NCBI GenBank assembly: GCA_017447325.1
Contig: JAFSNU010000128.1
Coordinates: 1-35,839, forward strand
Reading direction: 5' to 3'
From: Synergistaceae bacterium
Lineage (GTDB): Bacteria > Synergistota > Synergistia > Synergistales > Aminobacteriaceae
Length of the DNA: 35,839 bases
The translations under genes were made by a program, and so were the position numbers. The notes under the pieces are model-generated. The model had not been told where the DNA came from, made no database searches, and worked only from the letters and a program-made list of their open reading frames with translations. Shown piece by piece: positions 8,624-18,216 of the stretch; position 1 is the first letter of the stretch, and each line of letters starts with the position of its first letter.

Positions 8624-8915
8624 ATTGTTTTAAGTTAAACAGCGCGCCTTAAGTATATTGACAAATAATATCCGGCAATATTTCAGCGTGAGAGCGCGCG
8701 CCTCTGAAGCTGGAATAGGATATTCATAGAAGGGAATTGTGTCTTATGCGGTCGTCTCAGAAATATTCTGAGATTGCCGTACAAGTTACAATATAAAGGA
8801 GGCAACTAGCTAAACTAACTCCGCATATCTATTGAGCGTGAATATCTGGAAGAGGCTTCAGGAATTATAAAGAAGCCTATGCAAACATTCAGAATTAATC
8901 CAGGAGGATGAATTT

Positions 8916-9833
8916 ATGAATTGGAGCAGTGTTCAGAAATACCGCAAAGATATCGTGAAAGATTTACGTGAAGCGCTCGAAAGAGGCGTAGCACCTTGGC
9001 AGAAACCATGGAGCGAAGTTGAGGACGGAATGCCGCGAAACGCACTTACGGGACATTTCTACAGCGGCAATAACGCTTGCAGGCTTTATTTGAAACAGCA
9101 GCTGATGCACTATACTGATCCCCGATGGCTCACGTACCGCCAGGCGCAAGGGATGAAGAGGGATATAAAAACAAAACTCGGAGAAGTTGGGACGTATATT
9201 TGGGTCTGCGTAGACGCCGATCGCAAGCAATACATACCGCACGTAGTTTTCAATGCCCAACAATTTGATGGTTTAACGTGTTTAAAGCCCTATGTCCCCA
9301 AAGTAGAGAAACGCGCGCCAGTTGAAAAGAGATGTGATAAGGCCGAAAGGATTTTACGTGAATCAGGAGCAAGAATCTTGTACGGAGGCAACAGAGCTTA
9401 TTATTCACCTTTAGACGATTATATAAAGATGCCTATGCTTAGGAGTTTCGACACCTCAGCTGATTATTATGCAACAGTACTTCATGAATTAGCACACTGG
9501 ACAGGACACGAAACCAGACTCAATCGTGATCTTTCCGGCTGTTACGGTACAAAATCATATGCTTTTGAAGAACTTGTTGCTGAAATAAGCTCAATGTTCG
9601 TCTCTGCTGAAACAGGAATAGACCAAACCAAAGAACATTTTGACAACCATGCGTCATATGTAAATTCATGGCTGGAAGTCATCGGTAAAGACGATGAGGT
9701 ATTGTTCGGTGCGGTTGGACTTGCGCATGAGGCAGCGGAGGAAATTTTGAAGCATGAACGTAAACGAGAAAGCAAGAATATTTCAGAAACGTCATATCTT
9801 TTGCGTTATTGGGATCCTTCCAGTATTTTTTAG
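8916..9833 (+). CDS. ardC: ArdC-type antirestriction protein: N-terminal ssDNA-binding domain plus C-terminal HExxH metalloprotease
   Basis: N-terminal APWQKPW motif. C-terminal LHELAHWTGH (HExxH) and YAFEELVAEISSMF. GGAGG SD before the ATG. Confidence 0.85.
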   Translation: MNWSSVQKYRKDIVKDLREALERGVAPWQKPWSEVEDGMPRNALTGHFYSGNNACRLYLKQQLMHYTDPRWLTYRQAQGMKRDIKTKLGEVGTYIWVCVDADRKQYIPHVVFNAQQFDGLTCLKPYVPKVEKRAPVEKRCDKAERILRESGARILYGGNRAYYSPLDDYIKMPMLRSFDTSADYYATVLHELAHWTGHETRLNRDLSGCYGTKSYAFEELVAEISSMFVSAETGIDQTKEHFDNHASYVNSWLEVIGKDDEVLFGAVGLAHEAAEEILKHERKRESKNISETSYLLRYWDPSSIF

Positions 9834-9864
9834 AAAAAATAGTTAAGCCTCCTTTTTTGATTTG

Positions 9865-9907
9865 TACAAGAATCCCTACAGCTAAGGCTCTGGGATTCTT
9901 GTATTTT
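9865..9907 (+). terminator. Rho-independent terminator after ardC
   Basis: Perfect 12-bp stem TACAAGAATCCC (9865-9876) with GGGATTCTTGTA (9892-9903), a 15-nt loop, then TTTT. Confidence 0.7.
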
Positions 9908-10104
9908 ATATGCTCTCCTTTGAACTGAACAGAAAAATTTATAAGCTCAATTATTAATTATTTTTATTGTGTTCCTGTCAGTTGCATCGTTGAGAAATTT
10001 TTCAAAAATTTCATGACATATCGAAGCTTTTTCGCCGCAAGCATAAGAAAATAACGTCACGTAGGATTGAAGCTTCATTTAGAGCTTATTTTAAAATATG
10101 CTGA

Positions 10105-10151
10105 CTCGTTAATACCAATCGTATTTTTTAACTTTAATATTATATAATACT
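10105..10151 (+). repeat. 47-bp junction/promoter-like repeat, copy 2
   Basis: CTCGTTAATACCAATCGTATTTTTTAACTTTAATATTATATAATACT. It is in direct orientation to copy 1 (8577-8623), and the two copies bracket the ardC cassette. Confidence 0.6.
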
Positions 10152-10200
10152 TTCAGAGGTAATGTGACAAAAATAATGGACATAAGAAAGGAGAGCAGTC

Positions 10201-10830
10201 ATGTTAGACAGGTTAGAGATAAGAGGAAAGGTAAACACAGCAATTTTTGCTACTCTAAGGTTGTTGAAGATAAGGCCATAGAACAGATATGCCGCATGTG
10301 CGACTACCCTTGCACCAAGGGCAGGGCTCGAACATACGCATCATGCCCGACGTTCATGCCGGAAAAGGCTGTACATAGGCACAACTATGAGGCTTATCGA
10401 TAAAGCAGTCCAGAACATCATAGGGGTCGATTTAGGATATGGAATCTACACGGTGAATTTAGAGCGTGACAAGATTGATTTTGAGAAGCTGGACGAGGCC
10501 GCTCATGCTGGCGAAAAAGTGTTAATACCAGTCAATATGAAGGATGGTTCTGTACTCGCTATAGGCAGGAGAAATGCTGATTGGAACTATTCTGCGTCAC
10601 ACGGAGCCGGATGCATTATGTCCAGAAGCTCTGCAAAAGAGAAGTTGAGCATGGAGGAATATCGCATGACGATGGAGGGTATTTACACGACCTCTGTCAA
10701 CGAAAGTACGCTGGACGAAGCTCCGATGGCGTATAAATCTCTGGATGATATTATAGACGTAATTTCTTAAACTGTGGATGTAGTTGACGTCATGAAACCT
10801 GTTTATAACTTCAAGGCATCCTATAATAGC
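10201..10830 (+). pseudogene. rtcB: RtcB RNA ligase remnant with frameshifts, an internal deletion and an in-frame TAA
   Basis: RtcB-like blocks are spread over different frames: LEIRGKVNTAIFA; VVEDKAIEQICRMCDYP; MPDVHAGKGCTIGTTM (read across frames); IGVDLGYG. The C-terminal part reads LIPVNMKDGSVLAIGRRNADWNYSASHGAGCIMSR...EGIYTTSV..STLDEAPMAYKSLDDII, then TAA (10768-10770), then TVDVVDVMKPVYNFKA. Total length is roughly half of a normal rtcB. Confidence 0.7.
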
Positions 10831-11167
10831 CATATCGAGCTCAAAGGCAACATATTTACAGCTTCAACTCTGGACACGAATTAGAACTTCATGAGTCAGG
10901 TCTTTGCACATGCATAAAAAGCTCATTGTTGAGACATGCAAATAACTTATAAAAGATTTCCCAGCGAGGTCACAAAAATATAAGCTCTTAGTTTAATGTA
11001 CGTAAATTAATCGGGGTCAGAGAAATGGCTTTATGCGCAGAATTTAGGCGAGGGCACAAAAAGAAGAGCCACCGGTTTAGATTATCATTTCTCAAACTTA
11101 AAATCGTGCGCTACCGTTTTAAATGAATTTTGAGGAAATGTAAATAATTTAACTTCCAAAATTAACA

Positions 11168-11265
11168 GAGTGCATTTAGTGCACTGCATTTTATAACTTT
11201 TAAAGGAATTTTTATTTTTATATTAATTAAAGAAGTTTTAAAATAACAGTGTACTGAGTGCATTT
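11168..11265. promoter_or_regulatory. Operator-like repeats upstream of the recombination module
   Basis: Hairpin/palindrome AGTGCA-TTTAG-TGCACT at 11169-11185. The 10-bp direct repeat GAGTGCATTT occurs at 11168-11177 and 11256-11265, each preceded by TAACAG. They sit in a 650-bp ORF-free AT-rich region. Confidence 0.3.
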
Positions 11266-11424
11266 GTTTATTTTTTCAGATAATGCTCACATTTATTACA
11301 TTTTTATGTATCTTATTTATTAATAAATATATGTACATCGGTCTCAAACTTTGATATAATTATAACTAATTTAAAGAAATTTACTATTTTTATTGATTAT
11401 GACTAGTTTTACAAAGTAAAGAAG

Positions 11425-11637
11425 GTGATGCAGTTTTCTCATGACCGTACAGTCCGAACACAGATATGCTTTATTACGCCAAACCAAGGCTCGAAACTCA
11501 TTAATGGCACGTGGCCAAAAAGTGAAAGGAACAATTCAGGTTTTTATTTACTCATTGAGCCAAACGGAAGTATCTCGGCTATTATTCAACCCATACACGA
11601 TGACTTAAGGACAATGAACAGCCTGATAACTCGTTAG
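11425..11637 (+). CDS. Hypothetical small protein
   Basis: ORF only, with a GAAGGTG SD-like sequence. It is the first gene of a co-directional, tightly spaced block. No recognisable motif. Confidence 0.35.
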   Translation: MMQFSHDRTVRTQICFITPNQGSKLINGTWPKSERNNSGFYLLIEPNGSISAIIQPIHDDLRTMNSLITR

Positions 11638-11639
11638 AT

Positions 11640-11876
11640 ATGCCGGAAGGCTGGATAGAAAGTTTTGATAACATACTTGAGCTGTTAGGAGAGGATTTTG
11701 AGATGTTAATGGAAAATACGATATTTCGTCTTTATAAGCGTTGGCAGACAAAACGGAAATTCCGCCAGCTCGTTGACTTAGATTATAGCAGAGTAAACAA
11801 AATAAACTCTGAAATGGACTTTCCTATCAGTGTTTTCTCAAATAACACAAAGGACATACTCACATTGAAGCGATAA
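11640..11876 (+). CDS. Hypothetical small protein
   Basis: ORF only. It starts 2 nt after the previous stop and ends 2 nt before the exonuclease frame begins. Confidence 0.35.
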   Translation: MPEGWIESFDNILELLGEDFEMLMENTIFRLYKRWQTKRKFRQLVDLDYSRVNKINSEMDFPISVFSNNTKDILTLKR

Positions 11877-11878
11877 CT

Positions 11879-12697
11879 TTGGGGCTTTACAGCAATATCA
11901 GCAATGTGGATTATCATTCTGGTCAAGGGCTATGTTCCAGCCATTTGAAGAGCTTATTACGCTCGCCAATGCAATATAAGAGATCTATTGAAAACCCTTT
12001 TAAGGAAACAGAAGCTATGCGAATGGGAAACGCCGTTCATTGCGCGGTATTAGAATCAGAGAGTTTCAGAGAAATGTATGTTGCGGTTCCCGAAGGAGAT
12101 AAACGTTCCAAGGCAGTCAAAGCGGCATAGGCAGAAATAGATGGAGATGGCAAAATCCCTCTATCTTTAGAGGATTTTAATTCTATACAGGGTATGGCTC
12201 GTTCTATACACGCGCACCCTTTTGCGGGAAGATGGCTTTCTGATGGGATAGCGGAGCAAAGCGGATATTGGATGCAACACGTTGAGGTTGATGAGCTTCA
12301 GACAGATATTCTTTGCAAATGTCGTCCATAGTACATTAAGGAAGCTGGAAGCCACTATGTTATCATCGACCTAAAAACGACAGTAGATGCTAACCTTGGC
12401 TATTTTAGTCATAAAGCATATTGGGATTACCAATATAATATCAGCGCAGCGCATTACCTCACAGGATTGGAAGCTATTCTCGGAAAACGCGCTCAAGGTT
12501 TTGTCTTTATCGTAGTTGAAAAATCCCCTCCTTACGCGGTAAACGCCTTTCAGGCTGGAGAGGATTTTCTTAATGTAGGCAAGGAGATCAACAGGGCATT
12601 ATATAAAACCTTTGCAAAGTGTCAGGCCAATAATGAGTGGCCTTGTTATACGGTAACACGACTGGAATTAAATCTGCCTAAAGGCGTAAGAATTTAG
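11879..12697 (+). pseudogene. Phage-type PD-(D/E)XK exonuclease (YqaJ/Cas4-like family) interrupted by two in-frame TAG codons
   Basis: A single frame runs throughout. It contains N-terminal NVDYHSGQGLCSSHLKSL, then KCRP*YIK...YVIIDLKTT (PD...D/ExK core with TAG at the acidic position), then FVFIVVEKSPPYAV. The TAG codons are at 12128-12130 and 12329-12331. Confidence 0.7.
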
Positions 12698-12708
12698 GAG
12701 GTAATCTT

Positions 12709-13131
12709 ATGAACGCTATTCAAACTATGAATAACAATAATCTGAATATGATGTTCCGCGACCCTGCGGCTGTATCCGCTGCTGAAAGTGCTAAAGCCCG
12801 AATTCAGTCTGCTTATATTGTAGCAATTAATAGACCCAGAAACTACGACAACGCGAGGCTGGAAATCTTAAAAGCATGTAGCAGACCCGAATTTGCTGAG
12901 AAAGCGGAGTATAAGAAGCCGACCGGAGGCGATAAATACATTTACGGGCCATCAATCTGTTTAGCTGAGCTCGCATTGCGCGAGTGTGGCAATATCAGCT
13001 ACGAGAATCAGGTCGTTTTTGATGACGATAATGTACGGCGTATCCGAGTAACCGTCACTGACATTGAGAGTAATGCGACCTTTAGCAAGGAAATTCAACC
13101 AATGGGTTGGGTAAGCATATCAGCGAAGTGA
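12709..13131 (+). CDS. Phage-associated protein, possibly a C-terminally truncated annealase-like partner of the exonuclease
   Basis: GGAGG SD and a position immediately after the exonuclease. The block CSRPEFAEKAEYKKPTGG..IYGPSICLAELALRECGN looks like a conserved phage family that I cannot name. The 140-aa ORF ends in TGA and is followed by ORF-poor sequence. Confidence 0.35.
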   Translation: MNAIQTMNNNNLNMMFRDPAAVSAAESAKARIQSAYIVAINRPRNYDNARLEILKACSRPEFAEKAEYKKPTGGDKYIYGPSICLAELALRECGNISYENQVVFDDDNVRRIRVTVTDIESNATFSKEIQPMGWVSISAK

Positions 13132-13410
13132 CTACCGCTATCATTATTGAATTAGATCAGCAACGTTTTGTTGATAATTTGCTGGCATGCGATCTCGCGC
13201 CGAAATTTGACCTTATACAAACTTGTCTGCGCGAGATGTATGAGAAAAGAAATTGCGGCGTCACTATTAAATAACACGAGGAATATTAAGAACTCATTTA
13301 TGAAATTTGCAAATAATAAGGATATAAAATGAAAAAAGGACGTAGTTTAGCTATGTGAAATCAACAATTAACGCCTCTTGCACTTTGGACTGGACAAGGA
13401 GATGCCTTAG

Positions 13411-13593
13411 ATGCCAAACAAATACCAAATACTGATTACAGAAACATTACAAAATATAGTCATCGTAGAGGCAAATAATGAGAAGAACGCCCTTGCCAGT
13501 GTTGAGAACGAATTGAAAAACTCTGAGTACATATTGAGTTCCGAACATTTTACTGGCGTAAAGTTTCAAGTCATTAATAAGGATGTGATCTGA
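13411..13593 (+). CDS. DpnD/PcfM-like small protein
   Basis: The 60-aa sequence YQILITETLQNIVIVEANNEKNALASVENELKNSEYILSSEHFTGVKFQV fits the DpnD/PcfM pattern. Its position just upstream of a giant MTase-helicase gene is typical of conjugative elements. Confidence 0.55.
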   Translation: MPNKYQILITETLQNIVIVEANNEKNALASVENELKNSEYILSSEHFTGVKFQVINKDVI

Positions 13594-13966
13594 TGGAAAT
13601 TATAAAGAGAACCCCATATGATGTCTGAAACAATGGCAGATCTGAAAACTTCTAAAATTATGCCGGGGCGTTTCGTAGTTACAGGCGAATATCCTGACAC
13701 AGCAAAAGTTCAAAATCAGTATAGTCCGAAGTGGACAAAGGAACGATCTATAAAATAAAACAGAAAGGCTTTCATCAAAAAAAACAATATCTATAATACG
13801 CAGATAAATTTTGATTTCTGGGCAATCGAGGAACACTACAAGGGTACATCAATCAACAAACGTTCCAGACAAAGAAAAGATAATCAACACACGCCGGTTC
13901 AATTAAGTTTTGACTTTGATTCAACAGGAACAACAATCTCTTTCCCAGATTTAAAAATTTAGATAT

Positions 13967-16892
13967 TTGAGAGACAAAAAAGATGAGATAGTCTCAACAA
14001 ATCCAGTTATGTCCGATCATCTTAAAATCAACTATCGAATTATTGACGATAAACTCGGATTTGCCGGAGCGAAGACAAAGTTCTCACGCAATATTGATAT
14101 TATATGCACTCTGAAAACTATCGAGAAAGAGAACAGACTGGCTAATCTTCAAGAACAGGAAATTTTATCGAAGTATGTTGGGTGGGGAGTTTTACCGCAG
14201 GCATTCGATGAGCATAATGAGGTATGGCATCGTGAATATAGCGAGTTAAAAAGAGTTCTGACCAACGAAGAATACAAGGCCGCGCGAAGTTCTACTGTAA
14301 ATGCTCACTATATCTTGCCTACGATTGCTCGAGCCATGTTTGATGCTTTAGAACGTATGGGGTTTTCAAAGGGCAACATTCTTGAACCATCTTGCGGCAA
14401 AGGAAACTTCTTCGGTGTTCTTCATGAGAGTATGAAAAATTCCAAACTATACGGCGTGGAGCTTGACAGTATAACAGGACGGATTGCCAGACAGCTCTAT
14501 CAAACAGCGGATATCGCCATTAAATGATATGAAAATACTCATTTCTACGATAATTGTTTTGACGTCGCGATTGGTAATGTCCCATTTGGGAATTATAAGG
14601 TTGTTGATGCCGAACACAAGTACGACAGGGATAATTTCAGAATACACGATTATTTCTTTGCCAAAACGCTGGACAAGGTACGCCCCGGAGGCATTATCGC
14701 CTTTATCACATCTAAAGTAACTCTTGACAAGTCAAACCACTCTGTCCGCCAATATCTGGCGCATAGAGCTGATTTATTAGGAGCGGTGCGCCTTCCCAGT
14801 GACGCATTTAAGGATAACGCTGGGACGGAAGTAACAACGGATATTATTTTTCTTCAAAAACGGGATTATCTTATAGACGATATTCAACTTGAATGGCTGA
14901 ATATCGCGCCAAACCGTAATGGAATACCTATTAATAACTATTTTGTACATCATCCTGAGATAGTTTTGGGAACGATAATTCAAGAGTCCAAGCTTTATCA
15001 TGGCAACGAAAAAGAGACATTGTGTAAACCTTTTAAGGGAGGCAATCTTGATGAAAAGCTCAGGACAGCATTAGGGCATATACATGGACAGATTACAAAC
15101 AAAGGAATTCAGACAAATGGGACATTGGCAGATACAATTCCAGCCGATTCCAACGTGCGTAACTTCAGTTATACTCTTATAGATGGAAAACTATATTATA
15201 GAGAAAATTCCGTAATGTATACGCCTGATCTTTCAATATCGGATATGGCTCGCGCAAAAGGAATGGTAGAATTAAGAGACTCTTGCCGGTCTGTTATTGA
15301 TGCACAGATCGCAGGAGATGATGACGAGAAGTTACATACTTTTCAAAATCAGCTTAATGATATCTACGATTGTTTTGTCTCCAGTTATGGCCGTGTCAAT
15401 GATGCTGTTAATGCGCGGGCTTTTAATGAGGACAGTTCTTACTACTTGCTATGCGCTCTTGAAAACATGGATGAGAACGGACGCTTTATCGATAAGTCTG
15501 ATATGTTTACTAAGAGGACTATCCGTCAAAGCAAAATTCCAAATTATGTAAATAACGTTCAGGAGGCTTTGTTATTATCAGTCTCAGAAAAAGCCCGTGT
15601 ATATATGTCTTCATTGACCGGAATGACTGAGAAAAAACTGATCCAAAACCTCAAAGGCGAGATATTCAGGCTTCCATCTGACGGCGAAGCAGCCGTATAT
15701 TTAACGGCGGACGAATATTTGTCCGGCAACGTCCGTGAAAAACTGGAGATTGCCCTAATATACGCCGAACAAGAGCCTCAACTTTACGAGAGCAACGTCG
15801 AGGCTCTTGAAAAAGTACAGCCTGTTCCATTAACAGCAACTGATATTGATGCTCGTTTAGGCGCTATATGGATTGTCCCAAAGTACATTCAAGATTTTAT
15901 CTATGAGCTTTTGCAAACGCCTGATTATATCAAACATATAATAGAGGTCAGCTATTCTCAAGTAACTTCTATGTGGAATATATCAGGAAAATCGGTCGAT
16001 TCTGGTAATGTTTTAGCAAACACAACCTATGGTACTTCTGAATATAAACGCTTATAAAATTATCGAAGAAACTTTAAACCTTAAAACGGTAAAAATATTC
16101 AGAAACGAAAAAGACGCTGACGGGAAATATAAGCACGTTCTCGACACAGAGGTCACAGCAATAGCCCAGCAGAAGCAGGATGAGATTAAACAAAAATTCA
16201 GGGAATGGATTTTTGAGGATTCTGATCGGCGGTGTGTGCTTATTGAAGAATATAGTAAGCGTTTCAATTCTACCCGAGCACGGGAGTATGACGGAAGTCA
16301 TCCGCACTTTGAAGCTATTAACCCTGATATTCATCTTAGAGAGCATCAGAAAGACGCTATTGCCAGTATTTTATATGGCGGGAACACTTTACTTGCACAT
16401 GAGGTTGGAGCTGGTAAAACTTACGAGATGGTAGCTGCGGCAATTGAGGGGAAACGTTTATGATTATCTCATAAAAGCCTTTTTGTAGTTTCTAATCATC
16501 TGACAGGGCAGATGGCTGCTGAGACGCTAAAGCTATATCCGGGTGCTAATATCCTTGTCGCCACAAGGAAAGACTTTGAAACCCGTAATCGTAAGAAGTT
16601 CTGTGCGAGGATTGCTACAGGCGATTATGATGCGATTATAATTGGGCATAGTCAATTTGAAAAAATCCCGGTATCAAGGAAACGTCAAGAATGCTTTATT
16701 CAGGAGCAGATTGACGAGATTACAGATGGAATTAAAGAATTACGACGGCCATTTCCTCAAGCGGAAGAACTCAGAGAAAAATCCGCGCGTCTGGCAAGGC
16801 TCAATATCGAGTTAACAATGCCTGAGCAACAAAACGCAGCCTCCAAAACGTCAACGGATAATTCTGATGATGATATGGTCACTACACTTTAA
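13967..16892 (+). pseudogene. Giant conjugative-element N6-adenine DNA methyltransferase/SNF2-type helicase, degraded by 2 in-frame TGA codons, 1 frameshift and a large internal deletion
   Basis: MTase motif I ILEPSCGKGNFFG and motif IV AIGNVPFGNYKV, followed by IHDYFFAKTLDKVRPGGIIAFITSK. Helicase motif I LLAHEVGAGKTYEM. TGA at 14525-14527 and 16461-16463 with the frame otherwise continuous. A frameshift near 16035-16045 separates TTYGTS from NINAYKIIEETLNL. After DAIIIGHSQFEKIP...QIDEITDGIKEL the sequence jumps to a C-terminal-type tail and stops, so the helicase C-domain is missing. The 5' end may also be decayed (13618-13966). Confidence 0.85.
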
Positions 16893-17010
16893 AAACTACA
16901 TCTTGGCTCGAACTGTAAACTTTTAGTCTTTATTTATATCACACATTATATTATCAGCGTCTTGTTTTATAATATAAAAATGCGAGATCTACATAAGGAG
17001 GCTTTATAAC

Positions 17011-17307
17011 ATGGAAAACAAAGAATATGTTGTCCTCATGGAACAGGCTCGAAAGTGTGCTCAACAAGTAGGAAGATTATATATGGATTGGTATAAGGAC
17101 GGTTCCTTTTCCAAAGAACTATCTGAAAAAGAAACCGATTTCCTGAGTGATACCGATTTTCGTGCCGGGCTCGCACCTTGTCTATTCTGGGAGTTCAAAA
17201 GGCTGAAGTTGTGGAACTCAATAGACGATAATAATTGGGATATATCCTGCGACCTAGCAATGAAAAGTGCTTGGTACATATTTCAAGAACTAAAAACTCA
17301 AAAGTAA
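17011..17307 (+). CDS. Hypothetical protein
   Basis: 98-aa ORF with an AAGGAGG SD and an upstream TATAAT-type box. No recognisable motif. Confidence 0.5.
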   Translation: MENKEYVVLMEQARKCAQQVGRLYMDWYKDGSFSKELSEKETDFLSDTDFRAGLAPCLFWEFKRLKLWNSIDDNNWDISCDLAMKSAWYIFQELKTQK

Positions 17308-17353
17308 TAAAAATGTAATATCAATATCATCAGAGGAAGAAGCCGTCAAACGC

Positions 17354-17590
17354 TTATTCCTCTGGACGTTTAGGTTCGGGCAACGGGCCGTTTTCCCTCT
17401 CATAGTTCTTTATTTCGTTCTGAACAGCGCGGATCATGAACGAATTAAACGACTCATCATAGATAGCCGCCAGAATCTTGCCCTTGAGAAAGATTTTCTC
17501 GTCAATACGGACTTGAGTAAATACGGTCTTGCTTTCTTTTACCGCACACCCACGTCCGTTCCTAATTTGTTCCTGCATTCTACATTCCAT
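17354..17590 (-). CDS. Putative ribbon-helix-helix (CopG/Arc-like) DNA-binding protein
   Basis: TVFTQVRIDEKIFLKGKILAAIYDESFNSFMIRAVQNEI fits a beta-strand, helix, helix RHH layout. The true start may be an internal Met. Confidence 0.4.
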   Translation of the reverse strand: MECRMQEQIRNGRGCAVKESKTVFTQVRIDEKIFLKGKILAAIYDESFNSFMIRAVQNEIKNYERENGPLPEPKRPEE

Positions 17591-17686
17591 CCTTTCTTAA
17601 AGTAATTGACAAAAGGTAATATTTCTACTTAAATATTTCCAGTTGTAAAGTAGTTAATAGTAATAATAGGTTAATAAGGTTTTTAT

Positions 17687-18136
17687 ATGTTCAATTCAAG
17701 CAATACGAATGAATATGTTGAGGAGCTTGGAGCTTCGTACCGAATTTGCATGGTTACTGGATTACTTCTTCTTGGAGCTTTTTTCTACTTTACTTTTTTT
17801 GATCCATCGGCGACTGCTATGCACAAAAATGGAACAGGTATCACCTCAACTTTAGTCTGTTTTGCTCCTGCTGTAAGCGGGGCGATGATGTTATCGTCTG
17901 AATCACTGGGAACGTTTCCTGAAACACTTGTGACCGCGGCGTTGATACTTCATCTTCTTTCCATGATCTGGATAACTATTCATGTAGTCAAGAAAGTACC
18001 GGTTCCTCATAACGCGATCGTTCTTATAACACGCGTTTGGATCTTCGCTTCCATCGGGCTTTTGATTCTAGCGATCGTTTTCTTCCTGTTTACCATGTTA
18101 CATAACGGTGGCAGTAACAATGACAGGAGACGGTAA
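17687..18136 (+). CDS. Integral membrane protein (about 4 TM helices)
   Basis: Four long hydrophobic segments and a basic C-terminal tail, DRRR. Confidence 0.55.
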   Translation: MFNSSNTNEYVEELGASYRICMVTGLLLLGAFFYFTFFDPSATAMHKNGTGITSTLVCFAPAVSGAMMLSSESLGTFPETLVTAALILHLLSMIWITIHVVKKVPVPHNAIVLITRVWIFASIGLLILAIVFFLFTMLHNGGSNNDRRR

Positions 18137-18170
18137 ATCTTGTTATTAAAAGGCCGAGCTGCAAGTATTT

Positions 18171-18198
18171 TTGTGTATTAGCTCTTTTTATATATAAT
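18171..18198 (+). promoter_or_regulatory. Sigma70-like promoter for the Sel1-repeat gene
   Basis: TTGTGT (18171-18176), a 16-nt spacer, then TATAAT (18193-18198). GGAGG is at 18206-18210 and the ATG at 18217. Confidence 0.4.
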
Positions 18199-18216
18199 AT
18201 AAATTGGAGGCTCGTC

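Noticed and set aside
477-9775. Short antisense or out-of-frame ORFs within the cargo genes (477-710, 2259-2456, 2504-2710, 2847-3056, 3300-3566, 4286-4726, 4929-5135, 6406-6597, 6738-6986, 8234-8437, 8964-9263, 9542-9775).
   Set aside because: Each is fully embedded in a longer ORF with recognisable motifs, and none has its own motif or translation signals.
10164-10770. ORFs 10164-10403 and 10387-10770 as independent small genes.
   Set aside because: Both are out-of-register pieces of one RtcB remnant. RtcB sequence blocks continue across their boundaries in other frames.
13128-13274. 48-aa ORF (GTG start) overlapping the stop of the annealase-like gene, considered as its displaced C-terminus.
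   Set aside because: It has no recognisable similarity to anything, no SD, and is below a supportable length. It is probably residual sequence after truncation.
14484-16892. Track ORFs 14484-14720, 14786-16057, 16029-16463, 16512-16892 and the embedded ORFs 15297-15551 and 16180-16434 as separate genes.
   Set aside because: 14786-16057, 16029-16463 and 16512-16892 are consecutive parts of the single MTase-helicase pseudogene. They are continuous with 13967-14527 apart from TGA codons and one frameshift. The remaining ORFs are out-of-frame shadows.
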